Assembly (NCBI RefSeq): GCF_963921235.1
Contig: NC_086097.1
Span: 246,638,001-246,702,000 of the forward strand
Source of the DNA: Mobula hypostoma
Lineage: Eukaryota
Reading direction: 5' to 3'
Length of the DNA: 64,000 bases
The position numbers were made by a program, and so were the translations under genes. The notes under the pieces were generated by a model. It saw only the letters and a list, made by a program, of their open reading frames with translations, was not told the DNA's origin and searched no databases. Below, one piece after another: positions 1 to 12,839 of this stretch (its first letter is position 1; each line of letters opens with the position of its first letter).

Positions 1-240
1 CAAATCAAGTCAGAGGATGTGCTGAGCAGACCACAAGCTTTGCCAACATAGCATGCCCAAACTCACTGACCCTAACCCGTACACCGCTGGAATTTGGGAG
101 GACACCGAACCACCCAGAAGAACCCCCATGCAGTCACAGGGACAGCGTACAAACTTTTACAGGCAGCACCAGGATTTCAACCCCAATCTTACATCTCGTC
201 TTGTAAAGTGTTATGCTATGCCCTACTCTACCTTGCCGAC
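1..240 (-). mobile_element. V-SINE (HE1-like), partial
   Basis: Reverse complement resembles the V-domain core (gtttgtacg..ctgtgactgcatggg..ttcttctgggtg..ctccc) seen in the copies at 8555, 23725, 25220 and 32935. Confidence 0.7.
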
Positions 241-669
241 CATATCTCCTATTGTTTCCTCTTAACTTTCTTGCCTCACATCAGGACATAAAAGTGTTTT
301 TTTAATATCTTTGTATTTATTTTCCAGGTCAAAAATTGATAGATATCAAAGACACACACTATATTTGGTTTTTAAATGCCTTTATATGGGCCTAGCTTTC
401 CCTGGGGTTCCTTCAAAGGCAATGGAGTAACTATGACTCATCTCACTTGGCCTCCTGCTAAATTTCCTGAAGGGAATAACATGTTGGGAGAAGACCTGAA
501 GAGGCAGATTTAGTCTCCTTTCAGATTAGAGCTTACGAGATGGGCAGACAACAAAAAGACAAAAATACAGCACTTCATTTTCAAGTTTCAGCAACAGCAA
601 GAAATGATAAACGATGTCCAGAAATAATAAACAACGTCTATTATTGCTAACATATACATGGACATGTCA

Positions 670-1395
670 AAGTTCAAGGTATGTATATGTCACCATATAC
701 TGCCTTGAGATTCATTTTCTTGCAGGCATTCACAGTAGATCAAAGAAAACATAATAGAATCAATGAAAAGCTACTCACAGACAAAGACTGTGAAATAACT
801 AACATGCAAAGGAAGATATATTACATCCTGGGTCCAGCACATAAGTGCCATTACAAAGTATCATGGCAGTGCCGCTACTTTCTTAGAAGTTTGAAAAGAT
901 ACAGCATATCACCTAAAACTTTGATAGATGTACAATGGAGAGTATACTGACTGGTTGCATGACAGCCTCGTATGGAAACACCAATGCCTTTGAATGGAAA
1001 ACCCTACAAAAAGTAATGGATGCAGCCCAGTCCGTCACAGGTAAGGCCCTCCCCACCATTCAGTTCGTCTATAAGGAGCACTGTCTCAGGAAAGCAACAT
1101 AATCAAGGACCCCCACCATCCAGGCCATGCTCTCTTCGCACCACTGCCATCAGGAAGGAGGTACAAGAATCTCAGGACCCACACCACAGGGTTCAGGAAC
1201 AGTTACTACCACTCTACCATCAGGCCCTAGAGCCAGAGGGATAACTTCACTCATTTGCAGTTTGTTGCCTTTTGCACCTTGTGTGCGGTTCTTCATTGAT
1301 TCTGTTTCTTTGTACTTACTGAGAATGCCCACAAGAAAATGAACCTCATGGTTGTGACATATAGGCACCTTGAGAATGTTTACTTTGAACTTTGA
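670..1395. mobile_element. Rex1/Babar LINE 3' fragments (minus-strand tail, then plus-strand 3' end)
   Basis: Decayed YFLRSLKRY..ES.LTGC.T.WYG and DPHHPGHALFS motifs; ends in a tttactttgaactttga tail. Confidence 0.7.
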
Positions 1396-1444
1396 AATAA
1401 ATATTAGTGAGAACATGAGCTGTAGAGTCCTTGAAAGTGAATCT

Positions 1445-1890
1445 GTAGAATCAGAATCAGGTTTAATATCATCAACACATGTTGTGAACTTTTGTAACTT
1501 AGCGGCAGCAGTAGAATGCAATACATGATAATATAGAAAATAAGTAAATAAATTACTGTGTGTGTGTGTGTATGTATATATACTGTATATAAATAGAGGG
1601 GAAGAAGCTGTTCTTGAATCACTGAGTGTGTGCCTTCAGGCTTCTGTACCTCCCTGTACCTCCTTCCTGATGGTATGTCCTCAGTGATGGGGATCCTTAA
1701 TGAGAGACTCCACCTTCTTGAGGCACCATTCCTTGAAGATGTCCTAGATGTTATGGAGGCTGGTGCCCATTGTGGAGCTGACTAATTTTACAACTTTCTG
1801 CAGTTTACCTTGATCTTTTGCAGTAGACCCCCCAACACCGCCCCCACCCCCATACCCCCATACCAGATGGTGATGCAGCCAGTTAGACAG
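1445..1890 (-). mobile_element. Rex1/Babar 3' fragment
   Basis: (GATTCT)n tail on the minus strand and similarity to 60540-61150. Confidence 0.7.
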
Positions 1891-2898
1891 TGAGAAGACA
1901 GCCTAGCCTGGATGGATGATGAATTAACATTTGCACTAATTCCTAAGCACAATTTGCTCTCAGGGGAATTTTACCTCAGTCTGCCTCTGGTATGATCTTC
2001 CCACATCCTCATTCCCTGAAACAGCAAAATTGGAAGGAGTGGGACTTTTTTTTAACTTTAAAGGTAAAGGAATCAAGCAAGGCATAGGTCCTAATGATGT
2101 TTGTGGCATCAGACCAGAGCAGGACACGTAAAACCTTCCACTCAACACAAGCATGGAATCAATACATATTCATTCCTTCCAGCAATGCGACATTAGAACT
2201 AATACACATCAACATAATTTTGATATAAAAGTCTTGAGGTTCAATGGAATCCACCTACACGTATCTTAGTCAATAACCTGCACTTGGAGTCCACATAAAC
2301 CAAGATGTGAGATTCTCGTTAATGAAAGGAATGAAAATTAAACTTAACCAATTTTGTAATTTTCCTCCACCCAGTACACCAGATTCTAGTTAATTGGGCC
2401 ATCAGTTAATCAGCATAGCCACTAATTTAGGACAACTATTAAAGAACAAAAACCAATCGAGAAGATGGCTGGGCTTCCCTTCTTTTATTTAGGACAGGAA
2501 GATGTTGCCAAACAGTTGCTAACTAGCATCACTAGTGTGGCCATTAGAAACTACACCGTGCTTAGAAAAAAGTTTTTAAACAGAGTCAGTTGCCTGTTTT
2601 TGTGTTCAAAAAGCAGTGATTTTTGACACTGATAGTCAGAGAGAAATAAGCAGTAAGACAATATAGAATTGTTTTGCTCACTGTGATTTCAAGCATTCAG
2701 GCTCAGAGATGCCAGAAATGGCCGGGAATGAAAATGAAACAATTTCACTACCTCAACAAGTTAGAAACTACAAAGAATTTGAAGGCATCAACAATCGTCT
2801 TGAATTTTACAATGAAAATGAAGATTAGGAGAATGCAATTGTCAAAAGCATCGTATGAAGGCAGTCCATTATCTGCACTAAGTTGATTTTGGTCATAT

Positions 2899-3383
2899 CA
2901 GTCAGTCAGTCAGTGGGTGCCATCTGCAATCTGGGGTTGGTGGCTATGCACCTCTATCTTCTTCGATCTTGCGACAGCACCCAGTACTGCCTCTCCTCCA
3001 GTTTGTTCTCGCTGGCCGCCTTAGCACCGCCTGCCGCCGCCCCCGCCGAACTCGAGCCCGAGTCCGTGTCGGCCTCCAGCCGTGGCCGCTTCTTCGAGCT
3101 CAGCCCTTCCTTAGGCAGAGGCCTTGGGCAGGTCCAGGCACACGGTGCAGCGCCCAAGTTCATCATGTCTCTTCTAACTCGGTGCAGAGCATACGATTCA
3201 TAGATACGTGGTGAGGCTTTAATCTCTTCCACAGAAGATGGCCGTTGGCTCACAAGGAGCTCATCCGCCCTTTGTCAGGTCTTGTTTTTTATCAGTCTTG
3301 CTGGGTGTCCTCACACCCTCCTCACCAGACTAAGTCCGGTGGGGGAGCCGGCCCAAGTCGCCGACCACTCAACCACAGCCCCC
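2899..3383 (-). mobile_element. Bipartite non-autonomous RTE-derived retroelement with a GC-rich internal insert
   Basis: RTE-like 5'UTR (acccagcaagactg..aagacctgacaaagggcggatgagctcc..gagccaacggcc). RTE-like C-terminus QDRRR*RCIATNPRLQMAP and (ACTG)n tail. Probable TSD GGTCATAT (2891-2898) / GGCCATAT (3384-3391). Confidence 0.75.
2974..3105 (-). pseudogene. ZFTRAF1: Captured coding fragment resembling the N-terminal region of ZFTRAF1/CYHR1
   Basis: SSKKRPRLEADTDSGSSSAGAAAGGAKAASENKLEERQYWVL versus recalled human PPKKRLRAAEA..AAAAAGSGKLEERLYSVLCC. CpG-rich, unlike its surroundings. Confidence 0.7.
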
Positions 3384-3559
3384 GGCCATATACAGTCAAT
3401 CAAAAGAACACAGCTGCATACACTGGATGAATTCCTCCATTAATAACTATCAGGAACTAATACACAGTTTATATCTATATATATAGTAGTGTTGATAACG
3501 TTCTATATTGTTCTGTATTTCATTTATATACATAATTGGTTACGCAGTTAAATGACAGC

Positions 3560-3847
3560 TTATCTTTTTTGCACGATTCTCTGTAAACCCGAGAGACTTG
3601 TGCATGAAAATCCCAGGAGATCAGCAGTTTCCGAGATACTCAAACCACCCTGTCTGGCACCAATGATCATTCCACGGTCAAAGTCACTGAGATCACGCTT
3701 CTTCCCCATTCTGATGTTTGGTCTGAGCAACAACTGAACCTCATGGCCATGTCTGCATGCTTTTGTGCATTGAGTTGCTGCCACATGATTAGCTGATATT
3801 TTTATTAATGAGCAAGTGTACAGGTGTACCAAATAAAGTGGCCACTA
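3560..3847 (-). mobile_element. Tc1-like transposon remnant (transposase N-terminus plus one TIR)
   Basis: ORF contains MGKKRDLSDFDRGMIIGARQGGLSISETADLLGFS (Tc1 HTH). TIR caggtgtaccaaataaagtggccact at about 3821-3846. Confidence 0.85.
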
Positions 3848-3961
3848 CACGACTTCAGAATGTCCTGAAGCATTAAAACAAACTCCAAACTTTCCAGTAA
3901 TTGTAGTTAAAAAGTTTTACAAAATATTTCATTCAATGCTCCTTTTATTGTGATGTATATT

Positions 3962-4302
3962 ATAGTAGTAGGCAGTCGTTGGTCCAGGGGATCATCAGTT
4001 TGTGCCTCTGGTGGACTGTGTCCTCTCCAGGGTGCAAGCCTGGGCGGGAAGATTTGAAGAACCAGCTGTTGCCCATGCAGCGGGTTCCCCCTCTCTACAT
4101 CACTGATGTAGTAAAAGGGAAGGGCAAGCGCCCGTACAGCTTGGCACCAGTGTCGTCGCAGAGGTTACCAGAGTGAAGTTGTAAACAACATCAAACTGCC
4201 TTAGGGACCCCAGCTCCAGATTTCTTCCTCGGGGTTTACTCCCGAAGCCTTTTCAATGGGTGGGTATGACTGCAAGGTTTAAAATCAGAGTTTTCCTTCT
4301 CC
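3962..4302 (-). mobile_element. Short bipartite RTE-derived (AviRTE/BovB-like) non-autonomous element
   Basis: 5'UTR motifs ggagaaggaaaactctgattttaaacc and gtccctaaggcagtttgatgttgtttacaac joined directly to a 3' end with a (CTA)n tail. Exact TSD TGTATATT at 3954-3961 and 4303-4310. Confidence 0.75.
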
Positions 4303-4589
4303 TGTATATTTATTCTCTTTTCATTGTGCTGTATATTATATCTATGTTAATTTTGAAATGATTTTGCACATGGGAAAATTAGTTCCCTGGCTGGATGCTT
4401 TTTAATTCTAGATTGCCACTTGCTGACTAGTACACCCACCTGCTCCAATGAGGCAAGGTATTGAAACTAAACTACAGGTCTTTTCTAAACTATAAGTTGG
4501 AGGAGTTTATAATTTGAATTAATTAATTTTGTTGACAAAAGGTTGCTCAGTAAAAATAATAACCTGTACTCCTAACAAGACTCAGGCTT

Positions 4590-5760
4590 CAAGATTCACC
4601 ATTCAAAATTGTTCAATGTCATTTCCAGGACATGAGTGTAAAGGAGAAGGAAATATTTGTTACTCTGGATCCAATGCAGCACAAAAAAAAATCACAATAG
4701 TTTTTAAAAAACCAAAATAAATACAAAAGGTAGCTTATATACATAGATTGATTGTCTGTCCATAAAGTGACACTAGGCACTGTAGATAAGGAGGCTGACA
4801 GGAAATGATAAAGTAGTAGTGGTGGATTAGCGGGTGGGGTGTTGATCAGCCTGACTGCTTGAGGAAATTAATTGTTTTTGAGTCTGGTGATCCTAGCAAG
4901 GATGCAATATAGCCTCCTCCCTGATGGGAGTGAGACAAACAGTGCATGAGCACGGTGGGTGGGATCCTTCATGATGTTATTCACTCTTTTCTGGCACCGT
5001 TCTGTATATATGTCCTTAGTGATGCATAGGCTCTTGTCAGTGATGTGCTGGACAGTTTAGACTACCCTTTGTAGAGCCTTCCAATCCGCCACAGTGCAGT
5101 TTGCACACCATGTAATGATGCAGCCTGTTTGGATGCTCTCTACTGTGCATCTGTAGAATGATGTGAGTATAGATGTGCATAGTCTACATATTGATGCAAT
5201 TACGAAGAAAGCACAACAGGTGCATATTTCGTAAGGAGTTTGAGGAGGTTTCGTATGTCACCCAATATTCTAGCAAATTTCTACAGATGTACCGTGGAGA
5301 GCATTCTAACTGGCTGCATCACTGCCTGTATGAAGGCACCACTGTGTAGGATGAAGGAAGTTGCAAGTTCAGCTAGCTCCATCATGAGCACTAGCCTCTC
5401 CAGCATGAAGACATCTTGAAAAGGTGGCATCCATTATCAAGGAACCTCAGCATCCTGGACATGCCCTCTTCTCAGTACTACCATCAGAGAAGAGTTACAT
5501 GAGCCTGAAGAAGACACACACTGAACATTTTAGGAACAGGTTCTTTCCCTCCACCATCAGATTTCTGAACAGACAATGAACCCATGAACACTACCTCACT
5601 ATTTGTGCTCTCTTTCTGCTCTAGTTATCTTGTGTGTGTGTGTGTATACTATTTTTCTTATTTAATTTATAGTATTTTTTATTATGTATTTCACTGTACT
5701 GCTGCCACAAAACAACAGATTTCATGACAGATGTCAGTGATTCCAATTCTGATTCTGAAC
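4590..5760. mobile_element. Two Rex1/Babar 3' fragments head-to-head (minus about 4590-5187, plus about 5188-5760)
   Basis: Both carry the FYRCTVESIL.GCITA-type motif in opposite orientations, with tails pointing outward. Confidence 0.7.
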
Positions 5761-5869
5761 GTACAACTGAAATCTGTGCTATCTAACAGAAATGACTTTG
5801 GTCATCAATATTAACTTTATTATTTACTATTGTCTACAAGCAAAGAAGTAGATGAACATTACTTACTAA

Positions 5870-6027
5870 CATACGAAAATCTGCAGAAAATCAAGCAACA
5901 CACAAAATGCTGAAGGAACTCAGTCATCCTGATGAAGGGTCTAGGCCCGAAATGTCAACTGTTTACTCTTTTCCACAGATACTGCCTGACATGCTGAGTT
6001 CCTCCAGCATTTTGTGCGCGTTGCTTG
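5870..6027. mobile_element. Penelope-like terminal fragment in inverted arrangement, with hammerhead core
   Basis: gcaacacacaaaatgctgaaggaactcag ... ctgagttcctccagcattttgtgcgcgttgc inverted arms. CTGATGA-AGGGTCTAGGCCC-GAAA-TGTC starts at 5929. Confidence 0.75.
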
Positions 6028-6224
6028 AAAATCACTCACAGCTCACTTTCACTTTTGTATATTTTATAAACGGTTAAATTTCACACACAGATGCACACAC
6101 ACCATTACACACAAAATATATTTTGTCAAAAGGCTATTCTTTTAAATCAGAAATGACATGGTACAAGGCTTATTTCTTAACACATCACATGTCAAGTGCT
6201 TAGTTTCCAGGAGATCAGCTTATA

Positions 6225-6758
6225 CATTCAGTGGCAACTTAATTAAGTACTTAATAAAGTGGGCACTGAATGTATGTTCATGATCTTCTGCTGCTGTAGC
6301 CCATCTACTTTAAGGTTCGACACGTTGTGTCTTCAGAGATGTTCTTTTGCCCATCACTGTTGCATGACGTTGTTACTTGAGTTACTGTCTCCTTGCTGGT
6401 CAGCTTAACCAGTCTGGCCATTCTCCGCTGACCTCTCATTCACAGGCCATTTTCGCCCGCAGAACTGCCACTAGTGAATTTTTTTTTCATTTTTTGCACC
6501 ATTCTCTATAAATTCTAGAAACTGTTGTACATGAAAATCCCAGGAGATCAGCAGTTTCTGAGATACTCAAAGCACCCCGTCTGGCACCAACAATCATTCC
6601 ATTGTCAAAATCATTTCTTCCCAATTCTGATGTTTGGTCTGAACAACAACTGAATCTCATGACCTCATTTGTATGCTTGTATTCACTGAGTTGGCTGATT
6701 AGATATTTGCATTAATGAGTAGGAGTACAGGTGTATCTAATACAGTGGCCACTGAGTG
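6225..6758 (-). mobile_element. Non-autonomous Tc1-like DNA transposon
   Basis: TA-flanked. TIRs cattcagtggcaacttaattaagtac and gtatctaatacagtggccactgagtg. The interior is homologous to the transposase N-terminus at 3560-3847. Confidence 0.85.
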
Positions 6759-6829
6759 TAGGTCAGAGAAACTCTGGAAAAAGTATTGATTTCAATCGCT
6801 CCATATAATGCACCAATTAGTTCTTCATT

Positions 6830-7345
6830 TCTCCGAGGATCGCTATCTTGTGGTGGTGAAAAGACTTGTAAGCTGCTGAGATTCTAAGAGTGATGCCATC
6901 TCGAGTTCAGCCATCTACTCCTTAACTCTTGGTAAGGTCGTGCATGGCAGTCAGGTCGAGGATGAGGTTCCAAAGAGCAATCCAACCAAGGCCTCAACGG
7001 TGGAACTGGCAGAAGATGATGACATATCACAATGGCAGCGAAGGTGGAGAAAGGCTGCAGCAGTGAGGGGTTCCTAGACATTTTGCATTCCACGCTTCTA
7101 GACCCTGACCCCAGTCTGTCAAGGACTGTGTGGTGACTGTCTATGCACCAGCTTCCACACATTAAAGAGTCATGCACAGGCGTTCTCCATTTAGGGAAAC
7201 CACTCTAACATCCCAGATTAAGTCCCATGGCGATCAGCAAGCGGAGAAGGGGGCTGGACCGTGGCCAATCATTGCACCAACATATGTAGATCCTGGAGAA
7301 CAACATTCTTGACCAAAGTGATTGCACTATTACTATCACTGATTC
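6830..7345 (+). mobile_element. RTE (Expander-like) 5'UTR-derived non-autonomous element
   Basis: cttgtggtggtgaaaagacttgt start and gaccctgaccccagtctgtcaaggac motif, which is shared with 61270-61365. Confidence 0.55.
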
Positions 7346-7439
7346 TTCAGAACTAGGTACAAAATGTGGAGTGAAGATCAGAATGGACCAGTATTAAAGT
7401 ATATTTCATGAAAAGATAACTGTTAGAAAATGCACTGAG

Positions 7440-8520
7440 GATGTAACAAAACACGTTGATGAAGGTAGAGCAATGGATGTAGTGTATATGGATTTCAGTA
7501 AGGCATTTGATAAGGTTCCCCATGCGAGGCTCTTTCAGAAAGTCATGAGGCATGGGATCCAAGGAGACCTTGCTTTGAGGATCCAGAATTGGCTTGCCGA
7601 CAGAAGGCAAAGGGTGGTTGTAGGTGGTTCGTATTCTGCATGGAGGACGGTGACCAGTGGTGTTCTGCAGGAATCTATTCTGGACCCCTCCTTTTTGTGA
7701 TTTTTATAAATGACCTGGATGAAGAAGTAGAAGGGTGGGTTAGTAAGTTTGCTGATGACACAAAGGTTGGGTGTGTTGTGGATAATCAGGAGGGTTGTCA
7801 GAGGTTACAGCACGACATCAACAGGATGCCCAACTGGGCTGAGAAGTGGCAGATAGAAGTTGAACCCATCTGTGTGAAGTGATTCATTTCAAGAGGTCAA
7901 ATTTGAAGACAGAATATAATATTACTGGTAAGGTTCTTGGCAGTGTGGAGGATCAGTGAGATGTTGGGGACAATGACAATAGGACACTCGAAGCTGCTGC
8001 GCAGGTTGACAGTGTTGTTAAGAAGGCACATAGTGTGTTGGCCCACATCAATTGTGGAGTTGAGTTCAAGAGCCGTGAGGTAATGTTACAGGTATGTAAG
8101 ACCTTAGTCAGACCCCACTTGGAGTACTGTGTTCAGTTCTGGTCACCTCACTACAGGAAGGATGCGGATACTATAGAAAGAGTGAAGAGAAGATTTACAA
8201 AGATGTTGCCTGGATTGGAGAGCATGTCTTATGAGAATAGGTTGAGTGAACTTGGCCTTTTCTCCTTGGAGCAACGGTGGATGAGAGGTGACCTGATAGA
8301 GGTGTATAAGATGATGAGAGGCAGGATCGTGTGGATAGCCAGAGGTTTTTTCCCGGGGCTGAAATGGCCGGCATGAGTGGGCATAGTTTTAAGTGCTTGG
8401 AAGTAGGTACAAGGGGGGTGTCAGGAATAAGGTTTTCACTCAGAGCGTGGTGGGTGCATGGAATGAACTGCCAGTGAAGGTGGTATAGGCGGATACAACA
8501 GAGTCTTTTAAGAGACTCTT
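7440..8520 (+). mobile_element. CR1 LINE, 5'-truncated, decayed RT and C-terminus
   Basis: DVVYMDFSKAFDKVPH, SKFADDTK and LVRPHLEYCVQFWSP motifs. Confidence 0.93.
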
Positions 8521-8554
8521 CTGATACTGCACAATTCTAATCTTTATTTATTTA

Positions 8555-8785
8555 AAGAAACAGCGGTTACAGGCCCTTCCAGCACAACGAGCCTGCACCA
8601 CCCAATTACACCCGTGTGACCAAGTAATCTACTAACCCTTAAGTCTTTGGAATTGGAAGGAAACCAGAGCACTTGGTAGAAGCACGTGCAGTAATGGGGA
8701 GAAAGTCCAAATTCCATACAGACAGCAGCAGGAACTGAGCCCCAGTCACTGGTGCTGTAATAACGTCACACTAACCGCTACACTG
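8555..8785 (-). mobile_element. V-SINE
   Basis: tRNA-like head and V-domain, similar to the other copies. Confidence 0.7.
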
Positions 8786-8794
8786 TTTTATACA

Positions 8795-9010
8795 TGTCTC
8801 TGATCTTTCTCTCTCCCTTTCTCTATGTCTCTCTCCCCTCTCTCTATCTCTCTTCTCTCTCTCCCTCTTTCTCTAATACCTTCTCTCATTTTATCTACCT
8901 CCCCTCTTTCTCTGTGTCTCTCCCTCCTCATCCTCTCTCTGTCTGCCCCACTATCTTTGTCTCAGTCTCTACTCCTTCTTTCTCTATCTGTCTCTGCCTC
9001 TCTTTCTCTA
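8795..9010. repeat. CT-rich low-complexity / degenerate (TC)n tract
   Basis: Seen directly. It accounts for the Leu/Ser-rich spurious ORFs. Confidence 0.9.
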
Positions 9011-9502
9011 CCCTCAATAATATATCATTCCCTCCCTCCCCCACCAGTCCTGCAACTTAAAACTAACTTCTTCTGTCAGTTCAGACAAAAATTCGGCAAC
9101 GTGAAATGTTAACTCTGTTTGTCTATACACAGATGCTGCCTGCCCATTGAGCATTTTCATGTGCTTTCTACTTTGCATTTCGTCAGGTCACTTCTGTTTA
9201 TTTGGCCAATCATCATCATTTTATGCGGCTAATTCTTCAGCCCATCCCAAGGAGAGCAATCTCCTTCTATCTACTTTCTCTATTCACCTCATAGCTTTAA
9301 ATACTTCTAGCAGACCAAGGAGCAAAGTCTACACAAAATGGTGGATACAGCCATGTCCATTACAGGCAGAGCCCTCCCCACCGTTGAGCGCACTTACGTG
9401 GAGTGTTGCAACAAAAAAGGAGCATCCTAGCTGATTCACTTCTGGTAGCCATCAAACAGAGTGACTGACCAAAATTTGTTCTCCATATTGCTATTTTTTC
9501 AC

Positions 9503-11300
9503 GATTCAAGATTGTTTAATGTCATTTCCAGTACAAAAGTGTAATGGAGAATGAAATAATTGTTACTCTGGATCCAATGCAGTGGGGAAAAAAAACAATA
9601 AGATCAAGAACAGATTAATAAAAAAACACAGTAAATATAAGGATGTAAAATAGTTTATATACATAAAATGATTATATGCCCATAGTGACACTAGGCACGT
9701 CACCACACACAAAATGCTGGAGGAACTCAGCAGGCCAGGCAGCATCTATGGAAAAGAATACAGTCGACATTTCAGCCGAAACCCTTCAGCAGGACTGGAG
9801 AGAAAAAGATGAGGAGTAGGTTTAAAAGGTGGGGGGAGGGGAGGGAGAAACACAAGGTAATAGATGAAAACTCAAGGGGGAGGGATGAAGTAAAGAACTG
9901 GGAAGTTGATTGACGAAAGAGACAGAAGGCCATGGAGGAAATAAAAGGGGGGAGGAGCACCAGAGGGAGGCAATGAGTGGGCAAGGAGATAAGGCGAGAG
10001 AGGGAAAAGGGGATGAGTAATGGTGAAAGGGGGGAGGCACTGCCGGAAGATCGAAAAATGAATGATCATACCATCAGGTTGGAGGCAAACGGAACATAAA
10101 GTGTTGTTCTTCCAACCGAAGTGTGGTCTCATCATGACAGTGGAGGAGGCGATGGATGGATATATTGGAATGGGAATGGGAAGTGGAATTAAAATAGGTG
10201 GCCACTGGGAGATCCCGCTGGTGTTCGGTGACGGAATCCCCCAATCTATGTTGGGTCTCACTGATATACAGGAGGCCATACCGGGAGCACTGGACACAGT
10301 ATATGATCCCAACAGACTCACCTCATCTGGAAGGACGGTTTGGGGCCCTGAAAGGTAGTGAGGAAGGAGGTGGAGGGGCAGGTAGCACTTGTTCCGCTTG
10401 CAAGGATAAGTGCCAGGAGGGAGATCAGTGGGGAGAGACGAATGGACAAGGGAGTCACGTAGGCAGTGAACCCTCTGGAAAGCAGAAAGTCAGGGGGGGA
10501 GGGAAAGATGTGTTTGGTGGTGGGATCTCATTGGAGGTGGTGGAAGATTCGGAGAATTGTGTGCTGGACACGGAGGCTGCTGGAGTCGTAGGTGAGGACA
10601 TGAGGAACCCTATCCCTGGTAGGGTGGAGGGAGGATGGGGTAAGAGCAGACGTGCATGAAATGAAGAGATGCAGTTGAGGGCAGCATTGATGGTCTTCCA
10701 AGAATTATTTGATTCTGGCATTGCCCCAGAGGACTGGAATATTTAGTGACTCTAATAGGAAATGATAAAGTAGTGGTGGTGGGGGGTGTAGAAGGGTGGG
10801 TTCATGGGTGGAGGTGTTGATCAGCCTTACAGCTTGAGGAATGTAACTGTTTTTGAGTCTGGTGATCCTGGCCTGGATGCTACATAACTCCCTCCCTGAT
10901 GGGATTGGGATAAAGAATCCATGAGCAGGGAGCGTGGGATCCTTCATGATACTGCTGGCCTTCTTTTGGCTCCTTTCTGTTTATATGTCTTTGATGGTGG
11001 GGAAGCTGATGCCAGTGATGTGCTGGGTCATTTGGACTACCCATTGTAGGGCCTTCCCGTCTGCCACAGTGCAGTTTCGGTCCAATGCAGTGATGCAACA
11101 TGTTAGGATGCTCTCTACTGTGCATCTGTAGAAAGGTGTGAGTATAGATGTGCATAGTCCAGTTCCCTTCAGCATCCTCAGAAAGTAGAGGTGTTGGTGA
11201 GCTTTCCCGATTGTGTAGAATGTGTTCTGGGACCATGAGAGCTTCTATGAGATGTACACTCCCAGGAGTTTGAAACTGCTTGCAGTTTCCACTGCTGTGC
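9503..11300 (-). mobile_element. Rex1/Babar 3' portion split by a Penelope insertion
   Basis: FYRCTVESILTCCIT and DPTLPAHGFF motifs at 10705-11240; tail at about 9503. Confidence 0.75.
9703..10702 (-). mobile_element. Penelope-like element 3' part (decayed GIY-YIG, pyrimidine tract, hammerhead variant)
   Basis: Colinear with 19241-20940. Hammerhead-like CAGTC-CTGCTGA..GAAA-TGTC-GACTG at 9761-9797. Confidence 0.85.
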
Positions 11301-11474
11301 TGTTCACATAATCAAATGTGATATGTTCCATTTTCTTTTTGGACTCAACAATATCCCCAGATGTTTATGACTTACAAGATTAACATTTCAGTTAATCCAA
11401 GCAGCAGTGTTTAGCAGAAATTTAGCTACATAATGCCTTTGATCTCATGAAACGTTTCTGCTATCTGCCTGTCA

Positions 11475-12780
11475 CAAGAAAGCAGCATTCATCATCAAGG
11501 ACCCCGCCACCCAGGCCACGCTCTTTTCTCGCTGCTGCCAACGGGAAGGAGGTACAAGAGCTTTAAGCCCCACACATCCAGGTTTGGCAAAGGCCATGGG
11601 CCTCCTGGACCAGCATGGATAACTGCACTCTCCTCAACACTGAACTGATTCTACGACCTAGGCTCACTTTCAGGGACTCTTGTCTCAGCACAATTTTTGT
11701 TTGCACTGTTTGTCTTCTTCTGCACTTTAGTTGTCAGTCTGTCTATATAAAGTTTTTCATATAATTCTATTATATTTTTAGTTTCCTGTAAATGCCTGCA
11801 AGAAACTGGATTTCAAGGTAGTGTATGGTAAATTCTAAGTACTTTGGTAATAAATTTACTTTGAACTTTTGAACCCAGTTTCTCCAGTTTAGCTACATTT
11901 CTAATATCCCAATGCCAGGACACATTTTGGTAAATCTCCAAAACCTTCAGATCATTCTTTTGAGACATACTGTGATTGTGAAAGGTGCAATATAAATACA
12001 AGTCTTCCATTTATAGGCTGTCATGCAGCAGATGGTCTCGCTCATTGAGGTGTAACTGGATATATTCCTGCGTTGGTCTGCATTTATGTGCACTGGGATT
12101 TGACCCGTCAAGATTCAAAATTCAAGAGAGTTTAATATCATTTCCAGTACACAAGAGTAAAGGAGAACAAAGTATGAATGGACATTGAACCCGTGAACAC
12201 TACCTCACTATTTTTATTTTTGCACTACTTATTCAACAATTTTATTTATTTTTTACTGTAATTCACGGTTTTATTAAGTATTGCACTGTACTGTTGATGC
12301 AAAGACAGCAAGTTTCACAGCATACGCCAGTGATATTAAACCGGATTCTGATATTTGTTATTCTGTTATTTGTTATGTACAGACACAGGGGTGTCTGTAC
12401 ATAAGCTGACTCTGACAGGAAATGATAAACTAGTGGTGGTTGGCGGTGTGGGGGGGTCGGGGTTCATGGGTGGAGGTGTTGATCAGCATTACTGCTGGGG
12501 GAAAGTAACTGTTTTTGAGCCTGGTGGTCCCAGTATGGATGCTATGTAGCCTCCTCTCTTGATGGGAGTAGGACAGTCCATATGGGATCCTTCATGATAT
12601 TGATGGCCTTTTTCTGGCATATATGTTCTTGGTGGTGGGAAGACTGGTGCCAGCGATGCGTTGGACTGCTTTAACAACTTGCTGAAGAGCATTCCTGTCT
12701 GCCGCAGTGCAGTTTGCAAGGCACACAGTGATGCAGCATGTAAGGATGCTCACTACTCCGCTTCTGTAAAAGGGTGTGAA
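11475..12780. mobile_element. Cluster of Rex1/Babar 3' fragments in both orientations
   Basis: agcagcattcatcatcaaggacccc motif; tails ttactttgaacttt and aaaccggattctga. Confidence 0.6.
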
Positions 12781-12839
12781 GAGTATGCCCCTACCGGTGC
12801 CTGAATGCCTCCTGATTCTCTTTTTCTTCAGAAACTACA

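Larger units (their letters stand above)
2377..3558. mobile_element. Tigger/pogo-like non-autonomous DNA element, interrupted by the insertion at 2899-3383; distal end lost
   Basis: Starts TA|caccagattctagttaattggg and is colinear, in the opposite orientation, with the copies at 30213-32242 and 40118-40945. Confidence 0.75.

Noticed and set aside
425..440. GGAGTAACTATGACTC, identical to a stretch of 28S rRNA near the R2 target site
   Set aside because: The match is only 16 bp and the flanks do not resemble rRNA.
1960..2154. VSCSGLMPQTSLGP as the next SUGCT exon (AVSGLMHITGPE)
   Set aside because: Similarity is limited to SGLM; GYGQTGP and suitable splice sites are missing.
8794..9112. Leu/Ser-rich ORFs
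   Set aside because: They are translations of a CT-rich low-complexity tract.
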